A stretch of 64,000 bases of DNA. Origin: Tubulanus polymorphus. Lineage: Eukaryota; Animalia; Nemertea. Of this stretch, positions 41,050-56,000 are shown piece by piece. Numbering within the stretch: position 1 is the stretch's first letter; each line of letters begins with the position of its first letter. The notes below the pieces were generated by a model. The model did no database searches. It worked only from the letters and a program-made list of their open reading frames with translations, and was not told the origin of the DNA. The stretch covers positions 3,700,778 to 3,764,777 of the forward strand of contig NC_134030.1 of assembly GCF_964204645.1 (NCBI RefSeq), in the 5' to 3' direction. A program made the translations under genes and the position numbers.

Positions 41050-44000
41050 TAACATGAAAACTCACAGCATTCCAATGGATGTCTTGTATCCTATTGAATA
41101 TTCGAAAAATTCTCACATGCTTTTATGAAATAAAATTCAGCGCCACTTTATGAGAAAGGATTGTGCGCCATTTAATAAGATGAAATCACGCGCCATTTTA
41201 TTGGATGATATCTCATATGAAAAACCACAATGTATCAAGAAAACAAGGGAGCAAGGTATGTTTATAGGTTTTAGGTAACAGCAGCCTCAAAACTTTACAG
41301 ATAAAAAGAGCACAGCACCAGCATCCACACTTAACACATCTGACAAAAACTCGCGCCATTTGATTGGATGATGACATCTTGTATCCTTTTTAATATTTAA
41401 AAAATACTCCAGGGCTTTTATAAAATAGAACCATACGCCGCTTTATGAGATGAGATTTCGCGCCATTTTATTGGATGAAACTTCTGAAGATTTACAACAA
41501 TGCATCATCAAGACAACAAAGGAACAAAGTATGTTTATAGGTTTTAGGTTTTAGGTGACAGCAGCCTCAAAATTAACACATGAAAATCACAGCACCAGCA
41601 TCCACACTTCGCACATTTGACAAAAACTCGCGCCATTTCAATGGATGATGACATCTTGTATCCTTTTTGATAATTGAAAAAAACTAGCGGGCCTCTATGA
41701 ATTAAAACCGCGCCTTTTCATGAGGGGAGATTTCAAGTCATTTTATCAGATCAAATCTCGCGCCATTTTATTGGAGAAATCTAACAGGAAAAACCACAGT
41801 GTATCAAGACAACAAAGGAGCAAGGTATGTTGTAGGTTTTAGGTGACAGCAGCCTCAAAGTTAACAGATAAAAACCACAGCACCAGCATCCAACTTTAAC
41901 ACATTTGTAAAAACTCGCGCCATTTTAATAGATGATGACATCTTGTATCCTTTTTGATATTTGGAAAACACTCGCGGGCCTCTATGAAATAAAACCGCGC
42001 ACCCTTTTTATGAGATAAAATCTCGCGCCATTTTATGGGATGAAACTCCTGAAAAAAAAACCACAGTGCATCAAGACTACGCAGTAGCAAGGTATGTTTA
42101 TAGGTTTTAGGTGACAGCAGCTTCAAAACTTTACAGATGAAACTACAGCACCAGCATCCACACATATCACACATTTGACGCAAACTCGCGCCATTTTAAT
42201 GATGACATCTTGTATCCTTTTTGATTATTGAAGAAAATACTCGCAGCTTTTAGAAAATAAAATCTCGCGCCATCTTATGAGAATTCGCGCCATTTTATAG
42301 GATGAAATCTCTGATATAGAACCACAGTCCCATCAAAATAAAACAAGGAGCAAGGTATCTTTATAGGTTTTAGGTGACAGCAGTCTCAAAACTTTACAGT
42401 TAAACAACCACAGCACCAGCATCCACACTTATCACACATTTGATGAAAACTCGCACCATTTTAATAGATGATGACATCTTGTATCCTTTTAAATATTTTA
42501 ATATTTGAAAAATATTTGTTGGCTTTTATGAAATAAAACCTCGCGCCTTTCTGCAAGAGGGGATCTCACGCCATTTTATAAGATGAAATCTCGCGTCATT
42601 TATTGGATGAAATGTCAGAAGAAAAACCACACCGCATCAAGACTTCACAGTAGCAAGGTATGTTTATAGGTTTTAGGTGACAGCAGCTTCAAAACTTTAC
42701 ACATAAAACTACAGCACCAGCATCACCACGTATCACACATTTTACAAAAACTCGCACCATTTCAATGGATGATGATATCTTGTATCCTTTTTGATATTTG
42801 AAAAATACTCGCAGGCCTCTATGAAATAAAACCCCGCGCCATTTTATGAGATGAAATCGCGCTGCAATTTGGATGAAACTCCTGAAAAAAACCACAGTGC
42901 ATCAAGACTACACAGTAGCAAGCATGTTTATAGGTTTTAGGTGACAGCAGCCTTAAAACTCATAAGATGAAAAGAGCACAGCACCAGCATCCACACTTAA
43001 CACACATTTGTAAAAACTCGCGCCATTTTAATAGATGATGACATCTTGTATCCTTTTTGATATTTGAAAAACACTCGCGGGCCTCTATGAAATAAAACCG
43101 TGCTCCCTTTTTATGAGATAAAATCTCGCGCCATTTTTTAGATGAAACTTCTGAAGAAAAACCACACTGCATCAAGACTATGCAGTAGCAAGGTATGTTT
43201 ATAGGTTTTAGGTAACAGCAGCTTCAAAACTTAACAGATAAAATACAGCACCAGCAGCCACACTTATCCCATCTGACAAAAACTCGCGCCATTTTAATAG
43301 ATGATGACATCTTGTATCCTTTTTAATATTTGAAAAATACTTGCGGGATTCAATGAAATAAAATCTCGCGCCTTTCTATGAGATGAGATTTTGCGCCAGC
43401 ATGAAATCTCGCGCCATTTTATAAGACGAAACTTCTGAAGAATAACAACGGTGCATCATCAAGACTACACAGTAGCAAGGTATGTTTATAGATTTTAGGT
43501 GACAACAGCCTCAAAACTTTATAGATAAAAAGAGCACAGCACAAGCATCCACACTAAACACATTTGACACAAAGTCATGTCTTGTATCCTTTTTGATAAT
43601 TGAAGAAAATACTCGCAGCTTTTAGAAAATAAGATCTTGCGCCATTTTATGAGAATTCGCGCCATTTTATAGGATGAAATTGCTGATATAGAACCACAGT
43701 CCATAAAAAAAACAAGGAGCAAGGTATATTGTAGGTTTTAGGTGACAGCAGCCTCAAAATTTTACAGTTAAACAACCACAGCACCAGCATCCAAACTTAA
43801 CACACATTTGATGAAAACTCGCGCCATTTTAATAGAAGATGACATCTTGTATCCTTTTTAATATTTGCAAAATTCTTGCGGGCTTTAATGAAATAAAACC
43901 TCGCGCCATTTTATGAGATCAAATCTCGCGCCATTTTATTGGATGAAATCTAACAGGAAAAACCACAGCTTATCAAGACAACAAAGGAGCAAGTTATGTT

Positions 44001-47000
44001 AATAGGTTTTAGGTTTTAGGTGACAGCAGCCTCAAAGTTAAAATAAAAACCAAAGCACCAGCATCCACACTAAACACATTTGACACAAACCTGCGCCATT
44101 TAAACGGATAATGGCATCGTGTATCCTTTTTGATAATTGAAAAAAAACTAGCAGGCCTCTATGAATTAAAACCGCGCGCCTTTTCATGAAGGGAGATTTC
44201 AAGTCATTTTATGAGATCAAATCTTGCGCCATTTTATTGGATGAAATCTAACAGGAAAAACCACAGTGTATAAAGACAACAAAGGAACAAGGTATGTTTA
44301 TAGGTTTTAGGTTTTAGGTGACAGCAGCCTCAAAGTTAACAGATAAAAACCAGCATCCACACTTAACACATTTGCAAAAACTCATGCCATTTTAATAGAT
44401 GATGACATCTTGTATCCTTTTTGATATTTGAAAAACACTCACGGGCCTCTATGAAATAAAACCGCGCGCCCGCTTTATGAGATAAAATCTCGCGCCATTT
44501 TATTAGATGAAACTTTTGAAGAAAAACCACACTGCATCAAGACTACACAGTAGCAAGGTATGTTTATAGGTTTTAGGTAACAGCAGCTTCAAAACTTAAC
44601 AGATAAAATACAGCACCAGCAGCCACACTTATCACATCTGACAAAAACTCGCGCCATTTTAATAGATGATGACATCTCGTATCCTTTTTAATATTTGAAA
44701 AATACTTGCGGGCTTTAATGAAATAAAATCTCGCGCCTTTCTATGAGATGAGATTTTGCGCCAGTTGATAGCATGAAATCTCGCGCCATTTTATAAGACG
44801 AAACTTCTGAAGAATAACAACGGTGCATCATCAAGACTACACAGTAGCAAGGTATGTTTATAGATTTTAGGTGACAACAGCCTCAAAACTTTATAGATAA
44901 AAAGAGCACAGCACAAGCATCCACACTAAACACATTTGACGCAAAGTCGTGTCTTGTATCCTTTTTGATAATTGAAGAAAATACTCGCAGCTTTTAGAAA
45001 ATAAGATCTTGCGCCATTTTATGAGAATTCGCGCCATTTTATAGGATGAAATCTCTGATATAGAACCACAGTCCATAAAAAAAACAAGGAGCAAGGTATA
45101 TTGTAGGTTTTAGGTGACAGCAGCTTCAAAATTTTACAGTTAAACAACCACAGCACCAGCATCCACACTTAACACACATTTGTAAAAACTCGCGCCATTT
45201 TAATAGATGATGACATCTTGTATCCTTTTTGATATTTGAAAAACACTCGCGGGCCTCTATGAAATAAAAACGCGCGCCCTTTTTATGAGATAAAATCTCG
45301 CGCCATTTTATTAGATGAAAATTCTGAAGAATAACCACACTGCATCAAGACTTCACAGTAGCAAGGTATGTTTATAGGTTTTAGGTGACAGCAGCCTCAA
45401 AACTTTACAGATGAAATACAGCACCAGCATCCACACTTATCACACATTTGACAAAAACTCGCGCCATTTTAATAGATGATGACATCTTGTATCCTTTTCA
45501 ATATTTGAAAAATACTTGCGGGCTTTAATGAAATGAAACCTCGCGCCATTTTATGAGATCAAATCTCGCGCCATTTTATTGGATGAAAAACAAGGAGCAA
45601 GGTATGTTGTAGGTTTTAGGTGACAGCAGCCTCAAAATTTTACAGTTAAACAACCACAGCACCAGCATCCAAACTTATCACACATTTGACAAAAACTCGC
45701 GCCATTTTAATAGATGATGACATCTTGTATCCTTTTTAATATTTGAAAAATACTTGCGGGCTTTAGTGAAATATAACCTCGCGCCATTTTATTGGATGAA
45801 ATCTAACAGGAAAAACCACAGTTTATCAAGACAACAAAGGAGCAAGGTATGTTTGTAGGTTTTAGGTGACAGCAGCCTCAAAACTTACCAGATGAAATAC
45901 AGCACCAGCATCCACACTTATTACACATTTGACAAAAACTCGCGCCATTTTAATAGATGATGACATCTTGTATCCTTTTTAATATTTGAAAAATACTTGC
46001 GAGCTTTAATGAAATAAAATCTCGCGCCTTTCTATGAGATGAAATTTTGCGCCAGTTTATAGCATGAAATCTCGCGCCATTTTATAAGACTAAACTTCTG
46101 AAGAATAACAGTGGTGCATCATCAAGACTACACAGTCGCAAGGTATGTTTATAGGTTTAAGGTGACAGCAGGCCCAAAAATTTAGAGATTGAAAACCACA
46201 GCACCAGCATCCACACTAAACACATTTGACAAAAACTCGCGCCATTTCAATGGATGATGACATCCTGTAATGTATCCTTTTTGATAATTGAAAAAAACTA
46301 GCGGGCCTCTGAATTAAAACCGCGCGCCTTTTCATGAGGGGAGATTTCAAGTCATTTTATGAGATCAAATCTCGCGCCATTTTATTGGATGAAATCTAAC
46401 AGGAAAAACCACAGTTTATCAAGACAACAAAGGAGCAAGGTATGTTGTAGGTTTTAGGTGGCAGCAGCCTCAAAGTTAACAGATAAAAACCACAGCATCA
46501 GCATCCACACTTAACACATTTGTAAAAACTCGCGCCATTTTAATAGATGATGACATCTTGTATCCTTTTTGATATTTGAAAAACACTCGCGGGCCTCTAT
46601 GAAATAAAACCGCGCGCCCTTTTTATGAGATAAAATCTCGCGCCATTTTATTGGATGAAACTCCTGAAAAAAAAACCACAGTGCATCAAGACTACGCTGT
46701 AGCAAGGTATATTAATAGGTTTTAGGTGACAACAGCCTCAAAACTTTACAGATAAAAACCACAGCACCAGCATCTACACTTAACACTCATTTGATGAAAA
46801 CTCGCACCATTTTAATACATGATGACATCTTGTATCCTTTTTGATAATTTAATATTTGAAAAATATTTGTCGGCTTTAAAGAAATAAAACCTCGCGCCTT
46901 TCTGCAAGAGGGGATCTCGCGCCATTTTATAAGATGAAATCTCGCCTCATTTATTGGATGAAATGTCAGAAGAAAAACCACACTGCATCAAGACTTCACA

Positions 47001-50000
47001 GTAGCAAGGTATGTTAATAGGTTTCTGGTGACAGCAGCTTCAAAACTTTACTGATAAAATACAGCACCAGCATCCACACATATCACACATTTGACAAAAA
47101 CTCGCGCCATTTTAATAGATGATGACATCTTGTATCCTTTTTAATATTTGAAAAATACTTGCATGCCTCTATGAAATAAAACCCCGCGCCATTTTATGAG
47201 ATGAAATCTCGCGCCATTTTATTGGATGAAACTTCTGAAGAAAAACCACAGTGCATCAAGACAACAAAGGAGCAAGGTTTTGTTGTAGGTTTTAGGTGAC
47301 AGCAGCCTAAAAACTTCACAGATAAAAACCACAGCACCAGCATCCACACTTAACACACATTTGTAAAAACTCGCGCCATTTTAATAGATGATGACATCTT
47401 GTATCCTTTTTGATATTTGAAAAACACTCGCGGGCCTCTATGAAATAAAACCGCGCGCCCTTTTTATGAGATAAAATCTCGCGCCATTTTATTAGATGAA
47501 ACTTCTGAAGAAAAACCACACTGCATCAAGACTTCACAGTAGCAAGGTATGTTTATAGGTTTTAGGTAACAGCAGCTTCAAAACTTAACAGATAAAAACC
47601 ACAGCACCAGCATCCACACTTATCACACATTTGACAAAAACTCGCGCCATTTAATAGATGATCTTGTATCCTTTTTGATATTTGAAAAATACTTGCGGGC
47701 TTTAATGAAATAAAATCTTGCGCCTTTTTATGAGATGAGATTTTGCGCCAGTTTATAGCATAAAATCTCGCTCCGACAAAAACTCGCGCCATTTCAATGG
47801 ATGATGACATCTTGTATCCTTTTTGATAATTGAAAAAACTAGCGGGCCTCTATGAATTGAAACCGCGCGCCTTTTCATAAGGGGAGATTTCACGTCATTT
47901 TATGAGATGAAATCTAACAGAAAAAACCACAGTTTATCAAGACAACAAAGGAGCAAGGTATGTTGAAGGTTTAGGTGACAGCAGCCTCAAAATTAACACA
48001 TAAAAATCACAGCTCCAGCATCCACAATTCGTACATTTGACAAAAACTCGCGCCATTTTAATAGATGATGACATCTTGTATATCCTTTTTAATATTTAAA
48101 AATACTTGCGGCCTCTATGAAATAAAACCACGCGCCATTTTATAAGTTGAGATTTCACGCCTATTTTGAAGAAATCTTGCGCCATTTAATTAGATGAAAT
48201 GTCAGAGGAAAAACCACAGTACATCAAGACTATACTGAAGCCAGGTATGTTCATAGGTTTTAGGCAACAGCAGTCTCAAAGTTTTACAGTTAAAACATCA
48301 CAACAGCATCCAAATTTAACACATTTACAATAACTCGCTCCATTTTGATAATGGATGACATCTTGTATCCTTTTTGATACTCGAAAATTCTCGCGAGCTT
48401 TAATGAAAAAAAAAACCTCTTGCCATTTTATGAGAGATTCCTTGCCTATTTTATCAGATGAAATCACGCGCCATTTTATTGGATGAAATGTCAAAGGAAA
48501 AACCACAGTGCATCAAGACTGCACAATAGCAAGGTCTGTTAATAGCTTTTAGGTAACTGCAGCTTCAAAACTTTACAGATAAAAACCACAGCACCAGCAT
48601 CCACACTTAACACATTTGATGAAAACTCGCGCCATTTTAATAGATGATTACATCTTGTATCCTTTTTGATATTTGAAAAACACTCGCGGGCCTCTATGAA
48701 ATAAAACCGTGCAACCTTTTTATGAGATAAAATCTGGCGCCATTTTATTGGATGAAACTCCTGAAAAAAAAACCACAGTGCATCAAGACTTCACAGTAGC
48801 AAGGTATGTTTATAGGTTTTAGGTAACAGCAGCTTCAAAACTTTACATCCACACATATCACACATTTGACAAAAACTCGCGCCATTTTAATAGTTGATGA
48901 CATCTTGTATCCTTTTTGATATTTGAAAAATACTTGCGGGCTTTAATGAAATAAAATCTCGCGCCTTTCTATGAGATGAGATTTTACGCCAGTTTATAGC
49001 AAGAAATCTCGCGCCATTTTATAAGATGAAACTTCTGAAGAATAACAGTGGTGCATCATCAAGACTACACAGTAGCAAGGTAAGTTTATAGGTTTTAGGT
49101 GACAGCAGGCCCAAAAATTTAAAGATTGAAAACCACAGCACCAGCATCCACACTAAACACATTTAACAAAACTCGCGCCATTTCAATGGATGATGACATC
49201 TTGTATCCTTTTTGATATTTGAAAAATACTCCAGGGCTTTTATAGCGTAGAACCGCGCGCCATTTAATGAGATGAGATTTTGCGCCTTTTTATTGGATGA
49301 AACTTCTGAAGAATAACAGTGGTGCATCATCAAGACTTCACAGTAGCAAGGTATGTTTATAGGTTTTAGGTGACAGCAGCCTCAAAGTTGACAAGATAAA
49401 AACCACAGCACCAGCATCCAACTTTAACACATTTGTAAAAACTTGCGCCATTTTAATAGATGATGACATCTTGTATCCTTTTTGATATTTGAAAAACACT
49501 CGCGGGCCTCTATGCGTGCCCTTTTTATGAGATAAAATCTCGCGCCATTTTATTGGATGAAACTCCTGAAAAAAAAACCACACTGCATCAAGACTACACA
49601 GTAGCAAGGTATGTTTATAGGTTTTAGGTGACAACAGCCTCAAAACTTTACAGATAAAAAGAGCATAGCACCAGCATCCACACTTATCACACATTTGACG
49701 CAAAGTCGCGTCTTGTATCCTTTTTGATAATTGAAGAAAATACTCGTGGCTTTTAGAAAATAAAATCTCGCGCCATTTTATGAGAATTTGCGCCATTTTA
49801 TAGGATGAAATCTCTGATATAGAACCACAGTCCATAAAAAAAACAAGGAGCAAGGTATGTTGTAGGTTTTAGGTGACAGCAGCCTCAAAATTTTACAGTT
49901 AAACAACCACAGCACCAGCATCCACACTTAACACACATTTGTAAAAACTTGCGCCATTTTAATAGATGATGACATCTTGTATCCTTTTTGATATTTGAAA

Positions 50001-53000
50001 AACACTCGCGGGCCTCTATGAAATAAAACCGCGCGCCCTTTTTATGAGATAAAATCTCGCGCCATTTTATTAGATGAAACTTCTGAAGAAAAACCACACT
50101 GCATCAAGACTTCACAGTAGCAAGGTATGTTTATAGGTTTTAGGTGACAGCAGCCTCAAAACTTTACAGATAAAAATACAGCACCAGCAGCATCAACACT
50201 TCACACATTTGATGAAAACTCTCGCCATTTTAATAGATGATGACATCTTGTATCCTTTTTAATATTTGGTAAATACTTGCGGGCTTTAATGAAATAAGAT
50301 CTCGCGCCTTTCTATGAGATGAGATTTTGTTCCAGTTTTGCAAGAAATCTCGCGCCATTTTATAAGACGAAACTTCTGAAGAAAAACAACGGTGCATCAT
50401 CAAGACTACACAGTAGCAAGGTATGTTTATAGGTTTTAGGTGACAGCAGGCCCAAAAATTTGAAGATTGAAAACCACAGCACCAGCATCCACACTAAACA
50501 CATTTTACAAAACTCGCGCCATTTCAATGGATGATGACAACTTGTATCCTTTTTGATATTTGAAAAACACTCGCGGGCCTCTATGAAATAAAACCGCGCT
50601 CCCTTTTTATGAGATAAAATCTCGCGCCATTTCATGGGATGAAACTCCTGAAAAAAAAACCACAGTGCATCAAGACTACACAGTAGCAAGGTATGTTTAT
50701 AGGTTTTAGGTGACAGCAGCTTCAAAACTTTACTGATAAAATACAGCACCAGCATCTACACATATCACACATTTGACAAAAACTCGCGCAATTTTAATAG
50801 ATGATGACATCTTGTATCCTTTTTGATAATTGAAAAAAACTAGCGGGCCTCTTTGAATTAAAACCGCGCCTTTTCATGAGGGGAGATTTCATGTCATTTT
50901 ATGAGATCAAATCTCGTGCCATTTTATTGGATGAAATCTAACAGGAAAAACCACAGTTTATCGAGAAAACAAAGGAGCAAGGTATGTTGTAGGTTTTAGG
51001 TGACAGCAGCCTCAAAACTTTACAGATAAAAACCACAGCACCAGCATCCACACTTAACACATTTGTAAAAACTCGCGCCATTTTAATAGATGATGACATC
51101 TTGTATCCTTTTTGATATTTGAAAAACCCTCGCGGGCCTCAATGAAATAAAACTGCGCGCCATTTTCATGAGATAAAATCTCGCGCCATTTTATTGGATG
51201 AAACTCCTGGAAAAAAAACCACAGTGCATCAAGACTACGCAGTAGCAAGGTATGTTTATAGGTTTTAGGTGACAGCAGCTTCAAAACTTTACAGATAAAA
51301 AGAGCACAGCACCAGCATCCACACTTATCACACATTTGACGCAAAGTCGTGTCTTGTATCCTTTTTGATAATTGAAGAAAATACTCGCGGCTTTTAGAAA
51401 ATAAGATCTCGCGCCATTTTATGAGAATTTGCGCCATTTTATAGGATGAAATATCTGATATAGAACCACAGTCCATAAAAAAAACAAGGAGCAAGGTATG
51501 TTGTAGGTTTTAGGTGACAGCAGACTCAAAATTTTACAGTTAAACAACCACAGCACCAGCATCCACACTTAACACACATTTGTAAAAACTCGCGCCATTT
51601 TAATAGATGATGACATCTTGTATCCTTTTTGATATTTGAAAAACACTCGCGGGCCTCTATGAAATAAAACCGCGCTCCCTTTTTACGAGATAAAATCTCG
51701 CGCCATTTCATGGGATGAAACTCCTGAAAAAAAAACCACAGTGCATCAAGACTACACAGTAGCAAGGTATGTTTATAGGTTTTAGGTGACAGCAGCTTCA
51801 AAACTTTACTGATAAAATACAGCACCAGCATCTACACATGTCACACATTTGACAAAAACTCGCGCCATTTTAATAGATGATGACATCTTGTATCCTTTTT
51901 AATATTTGAAAAATACTTGCGGGCTTTAATAAATGAAATCTCGCGCCTTTCTATGAGATGAGATTTTGCGCCAGTTTATAGCATGAAATCTCGCACCATT
52001 TTATAAGACGAAACTTCTGATGAATAACAACGGTGCATCATCAAGACTACACAGTAGCAAGGTATGTTTCTAGATTTTAGGTGACAACAACCTCAAAACT
52101 TTATAGATAAAAAGAACACGGCACAAGCATCCACACTAAACACATTTGACGCAAAGTCGCGTCTTGTATCCTTTTTGATAATTGATGAAAATAATCATGG
52201 CTTTTAGAAAATAAGATCTCGCGCCATTTTATGAAAATTCGCGCCATTTTATAGGATGAAATTGCTGATATAGAACCACAGTCCATAAAAAAAAATGAGG
52301 AGCAAGGCATGTTGTAGGTTTTAGGTGACAGCAGCCTCAAAATTTTACAGTTAAACAACCACAGCACCAGCATTCAAACTTAACACACATTTGATGAAAT
52401 TTCGCGCCATTTTAATAGAAGATGACATCTTGTATCCTTTTTAATATTTGAAGAATACTTGTGGGTTTTAATGAAATAAAACCTCGCGCCATTTTATGAG
52501 ATCAAATTTCGCGCCATTTTATTGGATGAAATCTAACAGGAAAAACCACAGTTAATCAAGACAACAAAGGAGCAAGGTATGTTTATAGGTTTTAGGTTTT
52601 AGGTGACAGCAGCCTCAAAGTTAACGGATAAAAACCACAGCACCAGCATCCACACTTCGCACATTTGACACAAACCTGCGCCATTTAAACGGATGATGAC
52701 ATCTTATGTCCTTTTTGATAATTGAAAAAAAACTAGCGGGCCTCTATGAATTAAAACCGCGCGCCTCTTCATGAGGGGAGATTTCAAGTCATTTTATGAG
52801 ATCAAATCTCGCGCCATTTTTTTGGATGAAATCTAACGGAAAAACCACAGTTTATCAAGACAACAAAGGAGCAAGGTATGTTGTAGGTTTTAGGTGACAG
52901 CAGCCTCAAAGTTAACAGATAAAAACCACAGCACCAGCATCCTCACTTAACACATTTGTAAAAACTCGCGCCATTTTAATAGATGATGACATCTTGTATC

Positions 53001-56000
53001 CTTTTTGATATTTGAAAAAACTTGCGGGCTTTAATGAAATAGAATCTCTCGCGCCTTTCTATGAGATGAGATTTTGCGCCAGTTTATAGCATGAAATCTC
53101 GCGCCATTTTATAAGACAAAACTTCTGAAGAATAACAGTGGTGCATCATCAAGACTACACAGTAGCAAGGTATGTTTCTAGGTTTAAGGTGACAGCAGGC
53201 CCAAAAATTTAGAGATTGAAAACCACAGCACCAGCATCCACACTAAACACATTTGACAAAAACTCGCGCCATTTCAATGGATGATGACATCCTGTATTCT
53301 TTTTGATAATTGAAAAAAACTAGCGGGCCTCTATGAATTAAAACCGCGCGCCTTTTCATGAGGGGAGATTTCAAGTCATTTTATGAGATCAAATCTCGCG
53401 CCATTTTATTGGATGAAATCTAACAGGAAAAAACACAGTTTATCAAAACAACAAAGGAGCAAGGTATGTTGTAGGTTCTAGGTGACAGCAGCCTCAAAGT
53501 TAACAGATAAAAACCACAGCACCAGCATCCACACTTCGCACATTTGACACAAACCTGCGCCATTTAAACGGATAATGACATCTTGTGTCCTTTTTGATAA
53601 TTGAAAAAAACTAGCGGGCCTCTATGAATTAAAACCGCGCGCCTTTTCATGAGGGGAGATTTCAAGTCATTTTATGAGATCAAATCTCGCGCCATTTTAT
53701 TGGATGAAATCTAACAGGAAAAAACACAGTTTATCAAGACAACAAAGGAGCAAGGTATGTTGTAGGTTTTAGGTGACAGCAGCCTCAAAACTTTACAGAT
53801 AAAAAGAGCACAGCATGAGCATCGACACTTATCACACATTTGACGCAAAGTCGCGTCTTGTATCCTTTTTGATAATTGAAGAAAATACTCGCGGCTTTTA
53901 GAAAATAAAATCTCGCGCCATTTTATGAGAATTCGTGCCATTTTATAGGATGAAATCTCTGATATAGAACCACAGTCCATCAAAATAAAACAAGGAGCAA
54001 GGTATGTTGTAGGTTTTAGTTGACAGCAGCCTCAAAATTTTACAGTTAAACAACCACAGCACCAGCATCCACACTTAACACACATTTGTAAAAACTCGCG
54101 CCATTTTAATAGATGATGACATCTTGTATCCTTTTTGATATTTGAAAAACACTCGCGGGCCTCTATGAAATAAAACCGCGCTCCCTTTTTATGAGATAAA
54201 ATCTCGCGCCATTTCATGGGATGAAACTCCTGAAAAAAAAACCACAGTGCATCAAGACTACACAGTAGCAAGGTATGTTTATAGGTTTTAGGTGACAGCA
54301 GCTTCAAAACTTTACTGATAAAATACAGCACCAGCATCTACACATGTCACACATTTGACAAAAACTCGCGCCATTTTAATAGATGATGACATCTTGTATC
54401 CTTTTTAATATTTGAAAAATACTTGCGGGCTTTAATAAATGAAATCTCGCGCCTTTCTATGAGATGAGATTTTGCGCCAGTTTATAGCATGAAATCTCGC
54501 ACCATTTTATAAGACGAAACTTCTGATGAATAACAACGGTGCATCATCAAGACTACACAGTAGCAAGGTATGTTTCTAGATTTTAGGTGACAACAACCTC
54601 AAAACTTTATAGATAAAAAGAACACGGCACAAGCATCCACACTAAACACATTTGACGCAAAGTCGCGTCTTGTATCCTTTTTGATAATTGATGAAAATAA
54701 TCATGGCTTTTAGAAAATAAGATCTCGCGCCATTTTATGAAAATTCGCGCCATTTTATAGGATGAAATTGCTGATATAGAACCACAGTCCATAAAAAAAA
54801 ACGAGGAGCAAGGCATGTTGTAGGTTTTAGGTGACAGCAGCCTCAAAATTTTACAGTTAAACAACCACAGCACCAGCATTCAAACTTAACACACATTTGA
54901 TGAAATTTCGCGCCATTTTAATAGAAGATGACATCTTGTATCCTTTTTAATATTTGAAGAATACTTGTGGGTTTTAATGAAATAAAACCTCGCGCCATTT
55001 TATGAGATCAAATTTCGCGCCATTTTATTGGATGAAATCTAACAGGAAAAACCACAGTTAATCAAGACAACAAAGGAGCAAGGTATGTTTATAGGTTTTA
55101 GGTTTTAGGTGACAGCAGCCTCAAAGTTAACGGATAAAAACCACAGCACCAGCATCCACACTTCGCACATTTGACACAAACCTGCGCCATTTAAACGGAT
55201 AATGACATCTTGTGTCCTTTTTGATAATTGAAAAAAACTAGCGGGCCTCTATGAATTAAAACCGCGCGCCTTTTCATGAGGGGAGATTTCAAGTCATTTT
55301 ATGAGATCAAATCTCGCGCCATTTTATTGGATGAAATCTAACAGGAAAAAACACAGTTTATCAAGACAACAAAGGAGCAAGGTATGTTGTAGGTTTTAGG
55401 TGACAGCAGCCTCAAAACTTTACAGATAAAAAGAGCACAGCATGAGCATCGACACTTATCACACATTTGACGCAAAGTCGCGTCTTGTATCCTTTTTGAT
55501 AATTGAAGAAAATACTCGCGGCTTTTAGAAAATAAAATCTCGCGCCATTTTATGAGAATTCGTGCCATTTTATAGGATGAAATCTCTGATATAGAACCAC
55601 AGTCCATCAAAATAAAACAAGGAGCAAGGTATGTTGTAGGTTTTAGTTGACAGCAGCCTCAAAATTTTACAGTTAAACAACCACAGCACCAGCACCCAAA
55701 CTTAACACACATTTGTAAAAACTCGCGCCATTTTAATAGATGATGACATCTTGTATCCTTTTTGATATTTGAAAAACACTCGCGGGCCTCTATGAAATAA
55801 AACCGCGCGCCCTTTTTATGAGATAAAATCTCGCGCCATTTTATGGGATGAACCTCCTGAAAAAAAAAAACCGCAGTGCATCAAGACTATGCAGTAGCAA
55901 GGTATGTTTATAGGTTTTAGGTGACAGCAGCCTCAAAACTTTACAGATGAAATACAGCACCAGCATCCACACATATCACACATTTGACAAAAACTCGCGC

